A DNA stretch of 64,000 nucleotides from Camelus ferus (GCF_009834535.1 NC_045707.1:56298001-56362000); one strand, 5' to 3'. Shown: positions 1-14,094, numbered from the stretch's first letter. The notes: generated by a model not told the origin, from the sequence alone. Numbers and translations are program-made.

Positions 1-1079
1 TGTAGACTACTCATTATAGGTACGTTTGATGAAAAGTTAAGGTAGTTTACTCAAATGGTAAAACTATATACAAAGCTGTGTACAAAACCAAAACAAAACA
101 AATGGCCTTGTTCTTATACCAAAAGTTCAGTGGATAAAATTATATTAATATGTTTCTAAGTGAAAAACTCAGTATTTAAGGTATGATTTCATGCTTTAAT
201 CAACATTTTCAATCAAATGCTCAACTACCAGTCTCATAAGATTACATGAGAGATTCTATGGAAATTTTATGAAGACACGATCTTACTTAATTTCAACATC
301 ACTCTGTAACACATATATTCATGGTCTCATTTTATAGATGACATTATTGAGTGTCAAATCCAGTAAAAGCCTAGAAAGGGCAAACACCTGATGAAGGCAT
401 CAGAACTGAGGTGCTACTGGGGTAGAACATACTTAGGCAATGACAAACAGGCAAAATTACAAACTGAAGTACGCACTGAATAGCAGCTGGGAGTATAAGT
501 CATGAATTCCATTGCTCCCTGCTGCCCATCTCCTAGACTGCAGAAAAAGGGATTAATATTAGTTACTCTGTGTAATTGGGCCCTAGCTCAGTGGGCTATG
601 GTTTAGGTTCAGGGAGACACCCAGTTCTAAAGAGAACCTGGGTAAGACACAGTATATGAACAGTCATGTTAAGGTGCTTTAGATTTCATTCCCCCTACTT
701 TCCTTACAATTGTTTTGACTGATTTTAACTCCAGTATAGCCTATGTGTTAGACAGTATATGTCCTACAACTCAACACATTTCAAATGCTTGACCAACTTC
801 ATCCTGTCTGCAAGTTTCAAGAGTCACAGTTCAGGGGATAAGCATTTCTTTAACGCTTCAGTGAGATTCATCATTCCTTGAATTTCTTCTGCCTTTATTT
901 CAAACCTCAATTTTCCAATCTGTTTGAGAAGTGCATTTATTTTATCTGGTGGCAAGTGCAGATTTTTCTCTTTAGTCTTCCTTGTTGGCCTATTTGACGA
1001 CTGCTAGTTCTAGAAAAACGCTGAACAAGCATTCTTCTTGTGCTCAATGTCTGTTATTAAGTTATACAAATATGATAAA

Positions 1080-1300
1080 AAGGAGCATGGAATCTAGAGT
1101 AAGACAGACTGCACTGGAATCCTCCCTCCCCAATTTCCCAGACTTTGGCTTTAAGAAATCTACTTATTCGACTTCTTTACCTATAAGTTGAGGATAACAG
1201 TACTCATTTCATAAAGTCATCCTTAGTATTCAGTGAGTTAATATAATCAAAAATTTTAGCACAATGTTTGCCACAAAGCAAAGTTAAATAAATATTAGCT
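1080..1300 (+). mobile_element. MIR SINE
   Basis: Degenerate MIR core (gaggataacagtactcatttcata...gtgagttaatata) and 3' end aaatattagct. Confidence 0.6.
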
Positions 1301-1314
1301 TTTCTCATATTATT

Positions 1315-1935
1315 TTTAAAAATAAACATCTCAGAACAGTTTTAGATTTACAGAAATTTTGAAGATAATAGTTTAGATATTCCCTACAGCCAGTTTCTCT
1401 TATAATAGTTATCTGTTATAGTGAATCAATCCTGATATACTAGTATTAGTCAAAGTCTACATTTCATTCAGCTCTCCATAGTTTTTATCCAATGTCCTTT
1501 TTCAGCTCCAGGATCCCATCCAGGATACCACATTGCATTTAGTCCTATTGGTTGTGACAGTTTCTCAGACTTGCCCTGTTGTTGATGGTCTTGGCGGTTT
1601 TGAGGGGTACTGGTCAGGCATTTAGTAGAATGTTCCTTCACTAGTGTTTCCCAGATGTTTTCCTCATCATTAGACTCGGGCTATGGGTTTTGAGAGGAAG
1701 ATTACAAAAGCACAGTGCCATGCTCCTCATGAGATAGGGTTTGTCAGGTTTCTTCACTGTAAATTTCCTCTTTTTCCCCCTTTCCACACTACACGCTTTG
1801 GAAGAAAGTCACGATGTGCAGCCCACACTTGACTGGGGAGTTATACTCCATCATCTTGAGGGTGCAGTATCTAAACAGAATATTTGGAATTCTTTTTCAT
1901 GAAAGATTTGTCTCTTCTCCTCTGTTTATTTATTA
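1315..1935 (-). mobile_element. Old L1 (L1MC/L1MD-like) 3' UTR fragment
   Basis: Recalled antisense L1MC 3'-end motifs: cagttttagatttacagaaa and ccaggatcccatccaggataccacattgcatttagt. Confidence 0.7.
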
Positions 1936-2168
1936 AAATTGTCTTTTTATAGATCTATATAAGGGGGTCCAGATAAGGAAGGGTGGACCACACTTCGTGG
2001 GGAATGCGTTGGATAAATGGATGAAAGACACACAGTTGTTCAGAGATCCTCCTCACATCCTACCTGATCATAAGATAGGTTAGCAATTGATCATATTTTC
2101 ACCACTAGATGTTGGGACTGAGGCTGTTATACACCCTTTGGCTAGAACTCAAGGTAGGGGGATGTGAT

Positions 2169-3573
2169 GCCAAATTGTGAGTGCAAGGGAAAAATTCTTG
2201 AAGGAAATTAAAAGTGCTACTCCAGTGAACACACAAATGATACAAAAATGAAACAGCCCTATTGCCGATATGGAGAAGATTTTAGTGGTCTGTATAGAAG
2301 ATCAAACCAGCCACAAAATTCCCTTAAGTCAAAGCCTAATCCAAATCAGGGATCTAACTTTCTTCAATTCTACGAAGTTTGAGAGAGGTGAAGAAGCTGC
2401 AGAAGAGAAGTCTGAATCTAGCAGAGGTGGGTTCATGAGGTTTAGGGAAAGAAACAATTGCTATAATATAAAAGTGCAAGGTGAACAGCAAGTGCTGACA
2501 TACAATCTACAGCAAGTTCTCCAGAAGATCTAGTTAAGATCATTAATGAAGGAGGCTCCACTTAAACAACAGACTTTCAACGTACACCAAAATGCCTTAT
2601 AATGGAAAAAGATGCCATTTAGGACTTTCATAACTAGAGAGGAGAAGTCAATGCCTGGCTTCAAAGCTTCAAAAGATAGGCTAATTTTCTCATCAGTTAG
2701 CGGCTAATACAGCTCATGACTTTAGGTTGAAGCCAGCCTCATTTACCATTCCCCAAATCCTAGGGCCCTCAAGAATTACACTAAATCTGCTCTGCCTGTG
2801 CTCTACAAATGGAACAACAAAGCCTGGATGACAGCATATCTGTTTACAACATGGTTTACTGAGTATTTTAAGCCCACTGTTAAGACCTATGGCTCAGAAA
2901 AAAAAAGATTCTTTTTGAAGTATTATTGCTCATTGACAATGCACCTGGTCACTCAAGCGCTCAGGAGATATACAACAAGATTTGTGTTGTTTTCATGCTG
3001 CTAATACAACACCCATTCTGCAGCCCATGGGACAAGCAGCAATTTCGACTTTTAGGTCTTATTATTAAAAAAAAATATATAAAGCTATAGTTGCCATAGA
3101 TAGTAATTCTCTGATGGATCTGGGCAAAGTAAACTGAGAACATTCTTGAAAAGATTTACTATTCTAGATGTCATTAAGAATGTTCATGATTCATGGGAAG
3201 AGGTCAAAATAACCTTAACAAGAGTTTGGAAGAAGCTGATTCCAGGCCTCACAGATACTTTGAGGGGTTCAAGACTTCAGTAGAGGAAGTAACTGCAGAC
3301 GTGGTGGAAATAGCAAGAAAACTAGAACAAGAAGCGGAGTATAAAGATGTGACGCAATTGCTGCGATCTCATGATAAAAGCTTTCACAGATGTGGAGCTG
3401 CTTCTTATGGATGAGCAAAGAAAGTGATTTCTTGAGATCTACTCCTGGTGAAGATGCTGTGAAGACTCTTGAAATGAAAACAAAGGATTTAGAATATTAC
3501 ATAAATTCCATTGATGGAGCAGCAGTATGGTTTGACAGGATTGACTCCGATTTTGAAAGTTCTGTGGGTGAAA
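2169..3573 (+). mobile_element. Tigger1 (pogo/Tc1-mariner) DNA transposon, internal transposase fragment, inactivated
   Basis: Recognisable Tigger1 peptides in broken frames ([74 protein letters not shown]), with several stops and frameshifts. Confidence 0.92.
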
Positions 3574-4109
3574 TCTTCACAGGCAGAGTGAGTCACTCCT
3601 TTCCCTATGCCTCTATTGTACTTTATATATGTGTCTACTGTTGTAAGTTCATGTTACAATTACTTTTCTTCTTTTTTCATGGGTTATGTCTTAATTATCT
3701 TTGTAGCTTCAGAGTTTACTGCTATTGGCACACGGGAGATACTTCAGATTAAATATTTGCTGATAACTAAACGCTTTTACTCTCAAAGGTCTTGCTTTTG
3801 CTGGCCTGTTTTGGAGAAATATCTAAGGATTTTTTTGGAATTATCCTTTATCAACTTTCACTAAGGTTCTAATTTAGTGATTTTCAACTTTACCCATCCA
3901 ACAGCACCCCCTTTCCATCAAATCACCAGTTTTATTGTTTTTATTTCATTTATAATAGCTTAAATAAACTTTTTCATTCATTTGAATAAATGCTGCAGGC
4001 CATGAAGAAAACATGAAATTTTAAAGACAATTTTGGAGGTTTTCTGAAATTTGGTGAGATACCAAAGTTTGGGACAGAAGGTAAAGGTTGAAAATGACAA
4101 ATGCTCAAA

Positions 4110-4365
4110 GACAGTGACTTTCAGCTGGGGGTGATTTTGCCCCCTTCCCTGTCAGGGCATTTTTGACAATGTCTGGAGACTTTTAAAATATGATAAAATG
4201 TAATTTTTAAATGTAATTAAATGCAATCATTTTGATTGTTCACTAGGGTGCTACTGCTGACACCTAGTGGGTAGAGGCCAAGGATGCGGCTAACATCCTA
4301 CAACGCACAGGACGGCCCCCACAACAATTAGCTAAATGCTAGTGCTGAGTTTGAGAAATTCTGCT
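4110..4365. mobile_element. MER20 (hAT-Charlie) element
   Basis: gggggtgattttgccccc...gacaatgtctggagac...ctagtgggtagaggccaaggatgcggctaacatcctacaacgcacaggacggcccccacaac matches the recalled MER20 consensus. Confidence 0.85.
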
Positions 4366-5324
4366 CTAAGAGGAAATGTCCAATGCTGTCCTTCACAACT
4401 GACTACAGGAATTACGGACTAATATTTTAAGCTGTGTCTGAGCCACATATATCTAGCACACACAGTTCTTGTCTCCTTTGGAATGATGACTTGTCTGGGA
4501 ATGTTCTTGGGTTTTCCACATGTTTAACAGGATTTCTTGTGACTAAGAATGTGTCAGGGCATGTTTGGAGATGTTCTAGGCACTTCACTTGCTTGCATAG
4601 TTTTGAATGTGAAGAGATGTACTTTAAGAGATCAGAAATACATCAATGTGTACACCACACTTTCAATTATATATAAAAGTTTGTTAATAAATGATTATGA
4701 GTTTAGTCAAAGATCTTTTAAATATTTTGGTATATTTAATATTTTAAATTTAAGTGGTTTTGATACTTTTTAATAATTAGAATTTCGTGAAAATTAATTC
4801 CATTTTATAAATAAAACTATTCATAGATCTCTTTTTACTGTGCTTGTGGTCAAAACTTTCATTTTAGCCCTGCTACTTCGTGATATGGGAGAAAAGTAAT
4901 AGGATTCTGTTATTAGATCAGAAGTATGTCTGTGGTTTTAATAACTTATCCTATTTCCGGCCACTCTGGCCTGACAGACACAACTCTCTAAATTCCTCTC
5001 ACTTAACATTAAAATAAACAAAAAAACCCAAACCATGTACTCACCTATCTGCTTCCTCTCGCCCCACTACCTCTTAAATGCCTTATTATGTCCTATACCT
5101 TCCTCCCTTGCCAGCTTGGGCTTCTTGTTCCTTTTCCTCATCTATTTTATTTGACATATGTTTTTAATGAGTGTAAATAGTATTAAGAGAAAAATCAGTG
5201 GGGCACTGTTATTGCCCTTACTAGCTAGTAAAAGTAGCTTAAAAATCATTTAAGACTGATTTTTCATGGTGATACTTATCTATATTAGCCTTTTTTCCTT
5301 TTGTTTTTAATTTCACATTTCCAT

Positions 5325-5580
5325 GTAGTGGTGGTTAACATTTGAGGTTCTGATGAAAGCTGAGTCTGTGTTCAAGTTCCAGCTCTACCAGCTGCATGCT
5401 CTCTGACCCTGGGAAAATGACTTGCCTTTTTCTGAGCCCCTCTTTCTAGATCATTACACTAGGAATAACGATAGTATTTACCACAGGTGTTTTTGTGAAG
5501 AGTAAATGAGATAATGTTATGATGTTCTTAGCATAAGAACTATATCACATAGTAAGTGCTTAGTAAATATTAGCTATTAT
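5325..5580 (+). mobile_element. MIR SINE
   Basis: gttcaagttccagctctacca...tgaccctgggaaaatgactt...tctgagccc...aaatgagataatg...cacatagtaagtgcttagtaaatattagctattatt. Confidence 0.75.
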
Positions 5581-6950
5581 TAATATTTGAATCAGTAATA
5601 TAATAAGCATATTAAGAAACATTTATTATGATTATTATTAGAAACAAACCTGGAAAAAGAAAGCCAGCAGGAAAAATAAGTAACATTCTTTCTGGATTTT
5701 TACTATTTGGTTTTTGGCAAAGGATAATATATTATTAGTTTTTGGCAAAGGATGAACACATCATTAGTTTAAGTAAAAACTTAGCTCTCTAATTGTAAAA
5801 ATTATGCTTAGGTTTGTGATCTTGATATTAAATGTAAGACACAGAATTGAGACACAAAATAAATATATGTACTCATTAAGACTAATTGGCAAGGAAAACA
5901 AATCTGATTAAAAATATTTTTAAAAGACAAATAAAATAACTAGGATAACAGTGTCTATTTGTATTTATTTATGCAAGACTAGAAGGATCTTCGTTTTGGT
6001 GACTAAATAAAAATATTTACAGGAGTCATATCAATTGCATTATTATAAGTAGTACATATACAAATATCAGAATAATAAAAACTAGCATATTTAGTTAGCA
6101 CTTACTGTGTACAAACATTGTTTTTAGAATTTTATGTATATTACCTCATTTAATCGTTCTTAAATCATATGAATTAGGAATGCTTTTTAATAGCCATTTT
6201 ATAGGGGAAGAAACTGATTAGTACCAGTCTAATTGCTTTAAGTAATAAAACAACTGGGGACTAAATGGGTAATTGGTACAATATAACTTAAGCATATCTG
6301 TGTAACTTTTCTCTTTCAAGAAATATATTTCATTCCTTTAACCACCTATTTTATTCTTTATTTCAATTTATAATCAATTCAAAATACCAAAGTGATCTAG
6401 GTTCAACTTAATATTTTAGCTAACAACTCATCTGAATCATGTCGAGAGTTGCTTTTCTTCTGTGTTAGAATATTTATTACCACTAGTCCATCAGTTTACC
6501 TTTTTGTCTTCAACAACATGTTCTCAATTATTAGCTTGGGCCTCCTATTATGTTATCACTTCCCAGGATTTTCCCATTCAAAGGCTTTTTGAATTGAAGA
6601 TTTTTCATTTTAATTAGTTATACAATCTTTAAATAAATGCAGTTTAAAACCTTATCTCCTGTTCTACTTAAAATTCCCATTTGTTCTGTTATCTTGTTTT
6701 TTCAAGTCTATTGTGACTTAAGAATTGGCACAATTTTTACCTGAAAAACCTAAAATAGGAATCACTCTGGAGGTAAATGACAGCAAACCATCCATACTGA
6801 CAGGAAAGGTGAATTGGAATAAAGGTGACTGAAGTTCGGTTTCACAAATAAGAGAAAAGTGCAAGGCAAATAATTTTTGTATTATCTCAATTCAAAATCC
6901 CACAGAAGTCTTCTTGTTTCTTATAAAGCAATGGGTAATCATATACCAAC

Positions 6951-7044
6951 CTTGGACTCATCTAATCCAAGCTTCTTTAGAGACTTTTTGACATAATCCA
7001 GAAAGGAAGAGGATTTGGCGTAAATTTTACCAACATGCCGATCA
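6951..7044 (-). CDS. METTL25: METTL25 exon 9 (DRHVGKIYAKSSSFLDYVKKSLKKLGLDESK)
   Basis: Acceptor ttgtttttcag|T, donor AAG|gttggt; 94 nt, phase 2-0. Confidence 0.93.
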
Positions 7045-8808
7045 CTGAAAAACAAAATTGAATCACTTTTTAGTTTTTCCAATTTAAATTATAGATCATT
7101 TAAAATTCAATCATAAAATGTTTTTAAATACCTTCTATGTACATGACACAAGCTCCACATGTGAGAAAAATGTAGTAATATTTTTGTGAACAGTTTTAAC
7201 TTATATATTATAAAAATATTCAAGATCTGCTTTTGAGAATTCCTTTAACATACAATAGTGGAAGACAATACTATGAGAGAGAAGTTGTAAACTTATAATA
7301 TTAAAAAAGCTGCATTTTTAAAGGGAACTCTAGGTCTTTCAAAAGTTTCCACTGTGCTACAAAACACATTTTAATTTTACTGAAAGAAAGAGGAAATGTA
7401 AAGAGACAGCAGCTGAGTATAAAACACTAGATAATGTCAAGATATGCCAAAGGGATGAGTAAGAAGAAAAACACTTCAAAAAGGCAGATGAGTGTTCAGA
7501 GTAGGAAAAAGAAACTTAAGAGAAATGCAGCTTAATGGAAGACAATGAGGAAGAGAGTTTGGGAAAAAAACAATGATCAACATGGTCAAATGTGGCTGAA
7601 AGGTCAATGAGGCTCTGGAATGAAGTAAGTTTTATCATAAATAATATCTACTGAGTAATACAGGCAGACAAGAATGTGGAGGGTTGGAGAGATCTGAAAA
7701 GAAAGGTTCAGAGAAGACTGTATGTAGATGATTTTAAATGGTCATTAAGAGAACAACAAACATATTAATGAAAAGATTCCAGGTCTTAAAGGAATACTTG
7801 AGGGGATATGAATTTGCACAATTTTGTGACTTTTTTCCAGCAAGGTTACCATCTTGGGGTGACCTCAGAAAAGGAAGATAGTTTTTGGGAAACTATGAGA
7901 AATTCACTTTAAGACATTGTGAAGATTAATATATAAATATATTAGTATCTAAAGAGAATGCAGACTGGGATACAAATTTGGGAGTTATCTACATAGAAAT
8001 GACAACTGAAACCACCTCTATATACAGAGATATTTGTATGTCATAATTTCTTTCATTAAAAAATGGATTATTTTTTCTTACAAAGAAATTATACCTTATC
8101 TGAAAATAGCTCCTATCTCTGTTAAGTGTGGATTCGTTTTTGAGAATTTGAAAATTGCCCTATTTTAATTTGAAGAGTAATCCTATTACAACCAAATGGC
8201 TATCAGAATCCTAAAATTACAATCAGTAAGAAGACATTCATGAAACTTGAAGGGATTTTCAATGGATGATTGAGTACAGGAGCTGCTGAACCAATATTAT
8301 GAAAAATTCTGCCACCCCTTGCCTCTCTGTATAAGAAGTCACTATCTGGGTAAAACAGAAACAAAACAAAACATATGCAGGGCTACTATTCCACCAGTAG
8401 AGACATGAATGGCCACAATGGCTGTTTAGGATTGATACCTGATCTAATTAGCTAAGTGGTTATGAAATATTTTAAATATAACTCCTGCTTATATTAAAAT
8501 ATTATATTCACTGAGTTACTTATATATATATATTTCAGTACTTCTCAAATTCTAAAGTACATTTTATATATATCACTTTATCATCACAATAACCTTTCAG
8601 GACAAAAGGGAATCATTAGAGCCTTCACTTTAATAACGATTAACCTAAGGTACAGTTGCTGCATATTTCTTTGTTATTTCCTGATGATGCTCAAATTCAA
8701 AGCTGCTTCTACCAGTAACAGTGACCCTGAACAAAGTCACCTGAAAACTAAAAGACTTTTCACTTACAATGCAGGATTGTTATTCTTATTGAAATAAAAT
8801 TCTTATAC

Positions 8809-8882
8809 CATTTGGTGATGCCGTAGCAGTCTTTAATGATATCCTGCAGGACAGCACGATAGAAAAGGGACTCAGTAGGCAG
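8809..8882 (-). CDS. METTL25: METTL25 exon 8 (LPTESLFYRAVLQDIIKDCYGITK-C)
   Basis: Acceptor tttttttcag|CTG, donor ATG|gtataa; 74 nt, phase 0-2. Confidence 0.93.
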
Positions 8883-11174
8883 CTGAAAAAAAACGTAGAG
8901 ATACGTGAGCACAAGAAGCAAACAAAAACAGAAATCAGATCAATCCCTGAGAGTCAAGACCATAAGTGAATGTTACAATGCTGACTTTGTTGCTAAACAC
9001 AGGAGATAATTTTATAATTTTTCTAAATTAAAATGTACTGAGGCTAATTCTCATTGAGAAAGTAATTCTGCAAGAAAATAGAAGAAACTAGAAAAAAAGT
9101 AGTAGTGAATGAGGAAGAAAAGGCATAATTAAAGAAAAATTAGCTAATGTCCCAAATGCAGATAAAACATAAAAACATAGAAATAAATTTTCACAACTAG
9201 CCAAGTCGGCTCTATACATGAGAACAGATAGGTAGGATATGTGCAAACAAGAAGAGAATGTGGGTCTGCCCTAATGGTGATGGATTAGAGACAGTATTAC
9301 CTGGGATTCACACCAGAGAGAAAAGGTACTACCCCAAGTAAGGACATACTGAAAAGATGTCTGAGGCCTAACACAGCATTGCCTACTACAGAGTTGAAAA
9401 GAAGGGCTTTGGAGAGGACATGAGCTCAGAGACTGAAGTCTAGGCAAGGCTCCACTTCCTGGGAAAAAAAGAGGTGGGAAATGTCCATGAAGGTGCAGAA
9501 GTTTTTGAAAGGAAAGAAGGAATGGCTGAAGAGAAGGACTCTAATGAAGCATAATAGTTTCAAAGAAGTAGAAGGTGAAAAAAGGACTATACAGAAAAGA
9601 GAGCTTCATTGTAGCAAATACAACTCCTTGACTTGAAATAAAATCTCTGACTTCTAAATTTTCGTTTCGTGAAGATGTCTCCAAAACATTTCATTCAGAA
9701 TTTCCCCTCTCGGGATATATTTTTCATTTGACTTTTTTTTATCTTAAGTAATTCTTTTCCATAATATCCCAAATCTCTATTTTACCATCTGTCCCCCACG
9801 TCCCCCGAAATCCTATCAGTTCTCTCACAAAAATGCTGAAATCTCTTTTCATATATTAACACTTACTTCTATATTGTTCTATTGAAATTCAAGGTATTTT
9901 GGGAAATATATTATTACATGAAGTGCAATATTAATATTATAAATGGCTTACAAAGTTCTTAACTTATTATTTGATTAGTTATAATAGATATGAACTTTAA
10001 TTTTATGGGAAATGCATGTGAAACTCCTAAAAATAGTCGAGTTGTTATTTGAACTGAGGAAGCCTGGCTCTGATGTCCCAGTAGCAAACCATGATGTTAT
10101 TTTGCCTCTCTGACACTTTGGCAGGGAAGGGGTGTCGTTAATCTTTTTATTACATACTTTCATTTAGGAAAGAAGAGAAAAAACTTCTAAAAATAAAGCT
10201 CTCCTTTTCCATGTCTTTGAGAAAAAAATACATAAAATAAGTTTAGAAATAAATGTGTATTTATATTGTACTAATTGTAGAGAGACCACAAAAAAAAAGA
10301 CCAAGAAATGTGTTTTAAGCAAGAGAACATACAAAAATGGAATGCAGAGAGGAATACAAACACAACAGAATAAAGCATCATTCCCAAGTTACCCTGAGTA
10401 AATAAGAGCTTTACAGCTGTTTCCTAAGACAAAGGAAAGAGAGCTATGAAGTGCTGTCGAATGCACACTCCTGGAATAATCAGGACTATCCATCCTGGTA
10501 AATACAGATGGAGATAAGTGGGAAAGAAGTCAGCATCTCTCAAGCAGCCTGTGCCTGACTACTCCAGGAATAAACGAGACGTAACTCCAAGAGTTTACTT
10601 TCTTTCCTTCACAAGTGATAGATCAATTTAACATTTTAATGCATTTTAAATGGGAGGGAGTAGAAAGAGTACAGCCTTAAAGTATATCTATTAGACATGC
10701 ATTTTACAGGTCTAGTGAAGACAGCACTAAGCTGGAAGTCAGAACTCTGCAACAAATTAACTGAGCTAGAACTCACTGTTAAACTGTGTATCATATTCTT
10801 ATGTAAGTTTAGGGAATATCCAACTCATAAGATAGGCATAACCATAAGCTAACACTTGGGAAATTGAAAAACAGATCACAAATGCATTGGGGCATTATTA
10901 TGATAACAGCTCTTTCCTCTTCCAGACCCCTAAGGAACCATTAAGTTGATCTGCACTATGGTAGCTAAAAGCTTGGGCTACAGAGTCAGAGATTCAAATC
11001 CCAGCGTTCACTACTTAATTTCCTCATGTGTATCATGGGATATACTTCCTATCGCATAGGCTATGTTTGTGGTACTTTAACTGATGAAGAAAACTTTGAA
11101 CAGTACTTTGGTAAGCACTGTGGTAAATTAGATATTATTTTCATGATCATAATTATTAACCACATATAACAGCA

Positions 11175-11450
11175 ATAACAGTTGACATTTATTGAGCACT
11201 TACTATGTGACAGATACTGTTTTAAGCATTTTACATCTTTCAGTCACTGAATCCTTGCAAAACTCTATGAGGAAAGTATTATTGTTACTTTTATTACTAT
11301 TGCCATTATTTGTATTTTATAGATAAAGAAAGTAAGCTATGGAGAAATCATGACATGCGTCCAAGGTCACTAAACCAGTAACTAATGAAGACAGGATACA
11401 ATCCAGCAGTTTGAGACTAAAGCCTATACACTTAAACAATATGCTCCAAA
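11175..11450 (-). mobile_element. MIR SINE
   Basis: acatttattgagcacttactatgtg...ttttatagataaagaaagtaagct...ccaaggtcac. Confidence 0.75.
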
Positions 11451-12289
11451 GCCTTTAAAAAATCAATTTTTATTAATTTTTAGGTCAGAACAATGGATAC
11501 TTAAATATACACACACACACAAAGTTCTAAACATGATGTCTGGCCCGAGTAAGCACTCTGTAAATGATACTTGTTGCTACTATTTTTAAAAATTCAAACT
11601 GACATACTAATGCTCTCTGAAAAGAAGCAAAAGAGAGATTTCTAAAATTTAGGTCCAACAAGAAAACTCTAATAAAAAATTTTTTTAAATCTCTCAAAAA
11701 ACTTCATTAAACCTCTATTTAAAAAACTCTAAAATTCCTAATATGTTTCATGAATCATAAAGTAGAGGACACGGCAATTACATGAATACCTGGGGGATAT
11801 ATTTAACATGTTTATATGTGGAAACCCATTTGGCTGTTGCAACTAATGACTAATGAAGTCAATAAAGAAAAAAGTTAAAAAACAACCAACTGAAATGTCT
11901 GTTCTGGACTATAGTTAAAAAATAAATTGAAGGCTATACCTTGTTTATCTTTTTTTGAACTAAGCCCATAAAAGCCTACAGTCAGTGACCGCATTCTTTA
12001 GAAATATTTATAGACTATTTAATGTAATATGAAGAAATGAGACAGCAGTACAAGAGTATACTGTGGAAGTTTTTCTAAAAGTTCAATATACTTTTCCTGA
12101 AAGCTCACTTCCCTTTTAAAAGTAAACTTACAGAAAATGTATAAATTTGAATATGAAGAAGTGACAAGAAGAGGTGATATTTATTAAAATACATCAGGTT
12201 TTAAGTTCATCAGCAGGTCAAGTATGAAGAGTACTTTGGGAAAAACTATCACATTCATCAACTGGATTAGAGTAAACACTCTTACTTAC

Positions 12290-12319
12290 CCCTTGGCCAA
12301 CTGCAACGCGTTCCAATGC
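12290..12319 (-). CDS. METTL25: METTL25 exon 7, 30-nt small exon (ALERVAVGQG)
   Basis: Acceptor ttttcctccttaaag|GCA, donor GGG|gtaagt; phase 0-0; bridges exons 6 and 8 in frame. Confidence 0.9.
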
Positions 12320-12869
12320 CTTTAAGGAGGAAAAAAATAAGACAAAGACTGCTGATATATTTAGTCTTATCTTATAAGACTTATAAACACACTATATAAG
12401 GGCTTATAAAAGTGACATTTAAAAAGATAAATTAAGTGACAACATATAAGTTTATATACTTAAAAGTGTTAATATCATTAAGGAATGTTAACTGGTCCAC
12501 TTGTATAATTTAGGACTGATGTATGGGTATATGTCATATACACACCCCAACTCTACACACTCCTTGAGTTTTAGAAGGAATTAGAAAGTAAGAAAGAAAC
12601 AAAATGATACATTCTTGGCTCACTTTTATTGTAGCTAAAATAATCAAATAAATCCAAAGTTATTAGTGTGTATATATACACATATAAATGTATTTATATA
12701 CTATTTTTAACCTATTTTCTTCCAATTTTTAATAAATATAATTTCATCTTTTATTAAACAAGATTACATTGAACACATTATAGTTGAAAGTTTAGAAAAG
12801 TACTTATATTTTTGGTCTGTATGGTCTGCATTTTTGTTTTGTGGATATAGTATGCCTTTATTTCTAAGG

Positions 12870-12923
12870 ATTTTATTTATTTTATTTTATTTTATCTTAT
12901 CTTATTTTATTTTATTTTATTTT
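12870..12923. repeat. (ATTTT)n pentanucleotide repeat, imperfect
   Basis: Directly visible; two ATCTT variant units. Confidence 0.85.
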
Positions 12924-14094
12924 GGAGAGTACCCATTTCCTCCAAGTTGCTTCTTTTCTATTTGTTTATCTGATCTCTATTCTTCCATGTTAGACTTCCT
13001 TAGACAACTAGTGGTTCTTGGCTGTCTGCTGACAATTAAAATGTGGGTATCATAAATGCAACTGGAAACATTGTGCTTATGAGTGAAGACTATTAATTAA
13101 TTGTGGGCCTCACCACAAAAGTCCTGTTTCATTGTGAAATCCCTCACGCCAATATCTTTAGTCTTTTCTCTTAGGTTAGTCAGATTCCCTACAAAAGACT
13201 ATTTCTATTTCTTGCCTAGGGTTTATAAACTGCCAGCAATCTAAGAACAAAGTCATTCCAAGAATGACCTGCCATTCTAACAAGATCCTAAACGAGTATC
13301 ATTTACAAATAAATAAAAGAACAAGGCAAATTCCCAGAAAAGCATTTAAGAGGACTTACAAAAGGGAATCATTGTTTGTGCATAAGTAGATTTTTAAGTT
13401 AATTCTCAGATACATGACCGAGAATACTGGCACACTATTTTTTATATTGCTGTGTTACTGGCATAGAAATGATGGACCCATAATTAATCTTGGTGTTGGA
13501 CATTAAAGACACCATTTTAAAAACTATATTTTAAATTAATGATGACAAAAGTCCATTCACCTCCTTTCACTTGAACCTGCTCCTTTTTAAACCAACGGAA
13601 AAGACCATGGGCTAAACTGTTCTAGATCTAAGGAGACTAACTTAATCAGGCACTTTAAATAAAGGTGCACTAAATAGCTAATTCATATCCCAGGTAGCTT
13701 AATAATATTTTTCCTATTTTATAAAAAAACAGGAAACCAAATGATCTGCTAAAAAAACACACACAAACATACCATAGAGCTGTGGATAAAGCACTGAAGT
13801 AATTCTTTGTTTAAGATGTGGTTGTTGGTACATTTTATATGATAATTAAAGTAATTATATGTAAGAAGTTAAGTAGTATAATGTAGAATTATAGTATGAC
13901 TATAAATTGTTACCACAGTGCATATAGAGTGAATGATGTTGGAAGGGCAAGTCATTTTTGCCTCATACTTTGCACAAAAGCATTAATGGTGCTCTAAAAA
14001 ATTTGGCATTTAATACAGCCAAAAAATAAATAAATAAATTCTGCAACATCTGGATAAAACTCTCAGTCTAGAAGAAAAATAGTAATAATCGTAC

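Noticed and set aside
5710..5770. Imperfect 28-29-bp tandem duplication; similar micro-duplications at about 48491-48513 and 59700-59737
   Set aside because: Ordinary slippage products with no sign of function.
1..6950. METTL25 exons 10-12 and stop codon
   Set aside because: No minus-strand segment matching the expected C-terminal peptides was found; they probably lie left of the window.
8645..8808. Alternative donor (GTAAGT near 8767) and cryptic acceptor (near 8741) just after METTL25 exon 8
   Set aside because: The donor extension (41 nt) shifts the frame, the acceptor would need a 68-nt intron, and the sequence gives no further support.
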